Of a stretch of 64,000 bases of DNA, positions 62,652 through 64,000 are shown one piece after another. The stretch is from positions 8,790 through 72,789 of the forward strand of contig WLPX01000002.1 of NCBI GenBank assembly GCA_009698575.1, given 5' to 3'. The notes beneath the pieces were generated by a model. It ran no database searches. It saw only the letters and a program-made list of their open reading frames with translations, and was not told the DNA's origin. This stretch comes from Actinomycetota bacterium. Its GTDB lineage: Bacteria; Actinomycetota; Actinomycetes; S36-B12; UBA5976. Positions within the stretch are counted from its first letter, which is position 1, and every line of letters starts with the position of its first letter. The translations under genes were made by a program, and so were the position numbers.

Positions 62652-64000
62652 CTAAACGTGACCCGCCTGCGACATTTGTCGTAGTTCCTTCTTCAATTCG
62701 TGAATCTCATCTCGCAACCGCGCGGCAACCTCAAACTGCAATTCGCTAGCTGCAGTGCGCATTTGCTCTGACAACTGATCGATTAAGTCACCCAAATCTC
62801 GAGCCGGGATGCTGCGTAGATTTTCGCGAACTGAAGTTGGTATTCGAACTCCAGATTTCTGTTCGGCCATGAACAATTCGGTATCGTCATCTTCCCTAGA
62901 AATTAAGTCAGTAATATCGGCAATCTTTTTGCGTAACGGTTGTGGATCCAGGCCGTGCTCCAAGTTGTAAGCAACTTGCTTAGCCCGCCGACGATTAGTT
63001 TCGTCAATTGCCACTCGCATGGATTCCGTGATTTTATCGGCGTACATGTGTACTTCACCCGAGACGTTACGCGCCGCGCGGCCAATCGTTTGAATCAAGC
63101 TGCGATGGCTTCGTAGAAATCCTTCTTTGTCTGCATCCAAAATCGAAACAAGTGAGACTTCAGGTAAGTCCAAGCCTTCACGAAGCAAGTTGATACCGAC
63201 CAGTACGTCGTACTCCCCTAGCCGCAATTCGCGGAGCAACTCAACTCGGCGCAGGGTATCGATCTCAGAGTGCAAATAGCGGACCCGAATACCTTGCTCG
63301 AGCAAGTAATCCGTTAAATCCTCAGACATTTTTTTAGTCAGCGTTGTCACCAGAACTCGGGTGCCATTTTCCGCACGAATTCGGATTTCGTGGATCAAAT
63401 CATCTATCTGCCCAGCTGTTGGCTTCACGATGATTTCTGGATCAACTAAACCTGTTGGCCGGATCACTTGCTCAACAACATCGCCTTCGACAACACCGAG
63501 TTCGTATGGACCGGGTGTTGCAGACAAATAGACAGTTTGGCCAACGCGGTCCAAGAATTCCGGCCATTTCAGCGGACGGTTATCCATTGCACTTGGTAGC
63601 CGGAAGCCATGTTCTACTAAGGTTCGCTTCCGAGAGGCGTCGCCTTCGTACATTGCCCCAATCTGTGGCACTGTTACGTGGCTTTCGTCTATGACAAGGA
63701 GGAAGTCCTCGGGGAAATAATCCAACAAACAGTTTGGAGCAGAACCAGGATCACGACCGTCAATGTGACGAGAATAGTTTTCAATCCCAGAGCAGAACCC
63801 TAGGTTTTGCATCATCTCGATGTCATAAGACGTTCGCATCTTTAGTCGTTGTGCTTCAAGCAGTTTTCCTTGCCCTTCGAGTTCTGGAACTCGCACTGCC
63901 ACTTCGGCTTCGATAGCGCTAATTGCCCGATTCATTCGTTCTGGGCCAGCCGTGTAATGCGAGGCAGGGAATATGTAAATCTCGCTATCGTCAGTCAATA
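62652..64000 (-). CDS. uvrB: Excinuclease ABC subunit B (5' end outside the window)
   Basis: [33 protein letters not shown]-terminal UVR domain. Confidence 0.97.
   Translation of the reverse strand, partial: LTDDSEIYIFPASHYTAGPERMNRAISAIEAEVAVRVPELEGQGKLLEAQRLKMRTSYDIEMMQNLGFCSGIENYSRHIDGRDPGSAPNCLLDYFPEDFLLVIDESHVTVPQIGAMYEGDASRKRTLVEHGFRLPSAMDNRPLKWPEFLDRVGQTVYLSATPGPYELGVVEGDVVEQVIRPTGLVDPEIIVKPTAGQIDDLIHEIRIRAENGTRVLVTTLTKKMSEDLTDYLLEQGIRVRYLHSEIDTLRRVELLRELRLGEYDVLVGINLLREGLDLPEVSLVSILDADKEGFLRSHRSLIQTIGRAARNVSGEVHMYADKITESMRVAIDETNRRRAKQVAYNLEHGLDPQPLRKKIADITDLISREDDDTELFMAEQKSGVRIPTSVRENLRSIPARDLGDLIDQLSEQMRTAASELQFEVAARLRDEIHELKKELRQMSQAGHV

Overview
A gene-dense stretch of core actinobacterial chromosome. 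GC looks near 50% by eye, intergenic gaps are tiny, and the organism is probably a streamlined lineage; the taxon cannot be fixed from sequence alone. Gene order: helY (partial), lipid kinase, tatC-tatA, pafC-pafB, two FKBPs, pafA-pup-dop-arc-trmI (pupylation locus); PAC2, mshC, SCO1664-family, DUF3090, phosphomutase, uppP, aldo/keto reductase, DUF5703, M20 peptidase; tRNA-Leu(GAG) followed by a mixed block (trhO, Rid, htpX-lemA, DinB-like, secreted HNH nuclease, ung, DapA-like, trmB, two Nudix-like genes, ABC ATPase); serB, fabI-fabG, tldD-pmbA, dodecin, SURF1, ABC exporter, ABC-F; a complete suf operon with sufR; ctaA/ctaB, tkt, rbpA, secG, tpiA-pgk-gap, whiA-yvcK-rapZ-uvrC-uvrA, terC and uvrB (partial). 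tatA and pup were absent from the ORF track and were translated by hand. I found no mobile element, CRISPR array, defence system or clearly new multi-gene system. Most notable: (1) the pupylation locus lacks prcB/prcA and its ARC ends in NPFA rather than GQYL; (2) about 20 genes have a -10-like hexamer exactly 6 nt before the start codon (leaderless architecture), some using the upstream stop codon; (3) all nine convergent junctions abut or overlap with no room for a terminator; (4) tkt lacks its usual tal/zwf/opcA/pgl neighbours; (5) candidate operators at sufR and gap. Family assignments come from motif recognition, not database searches.
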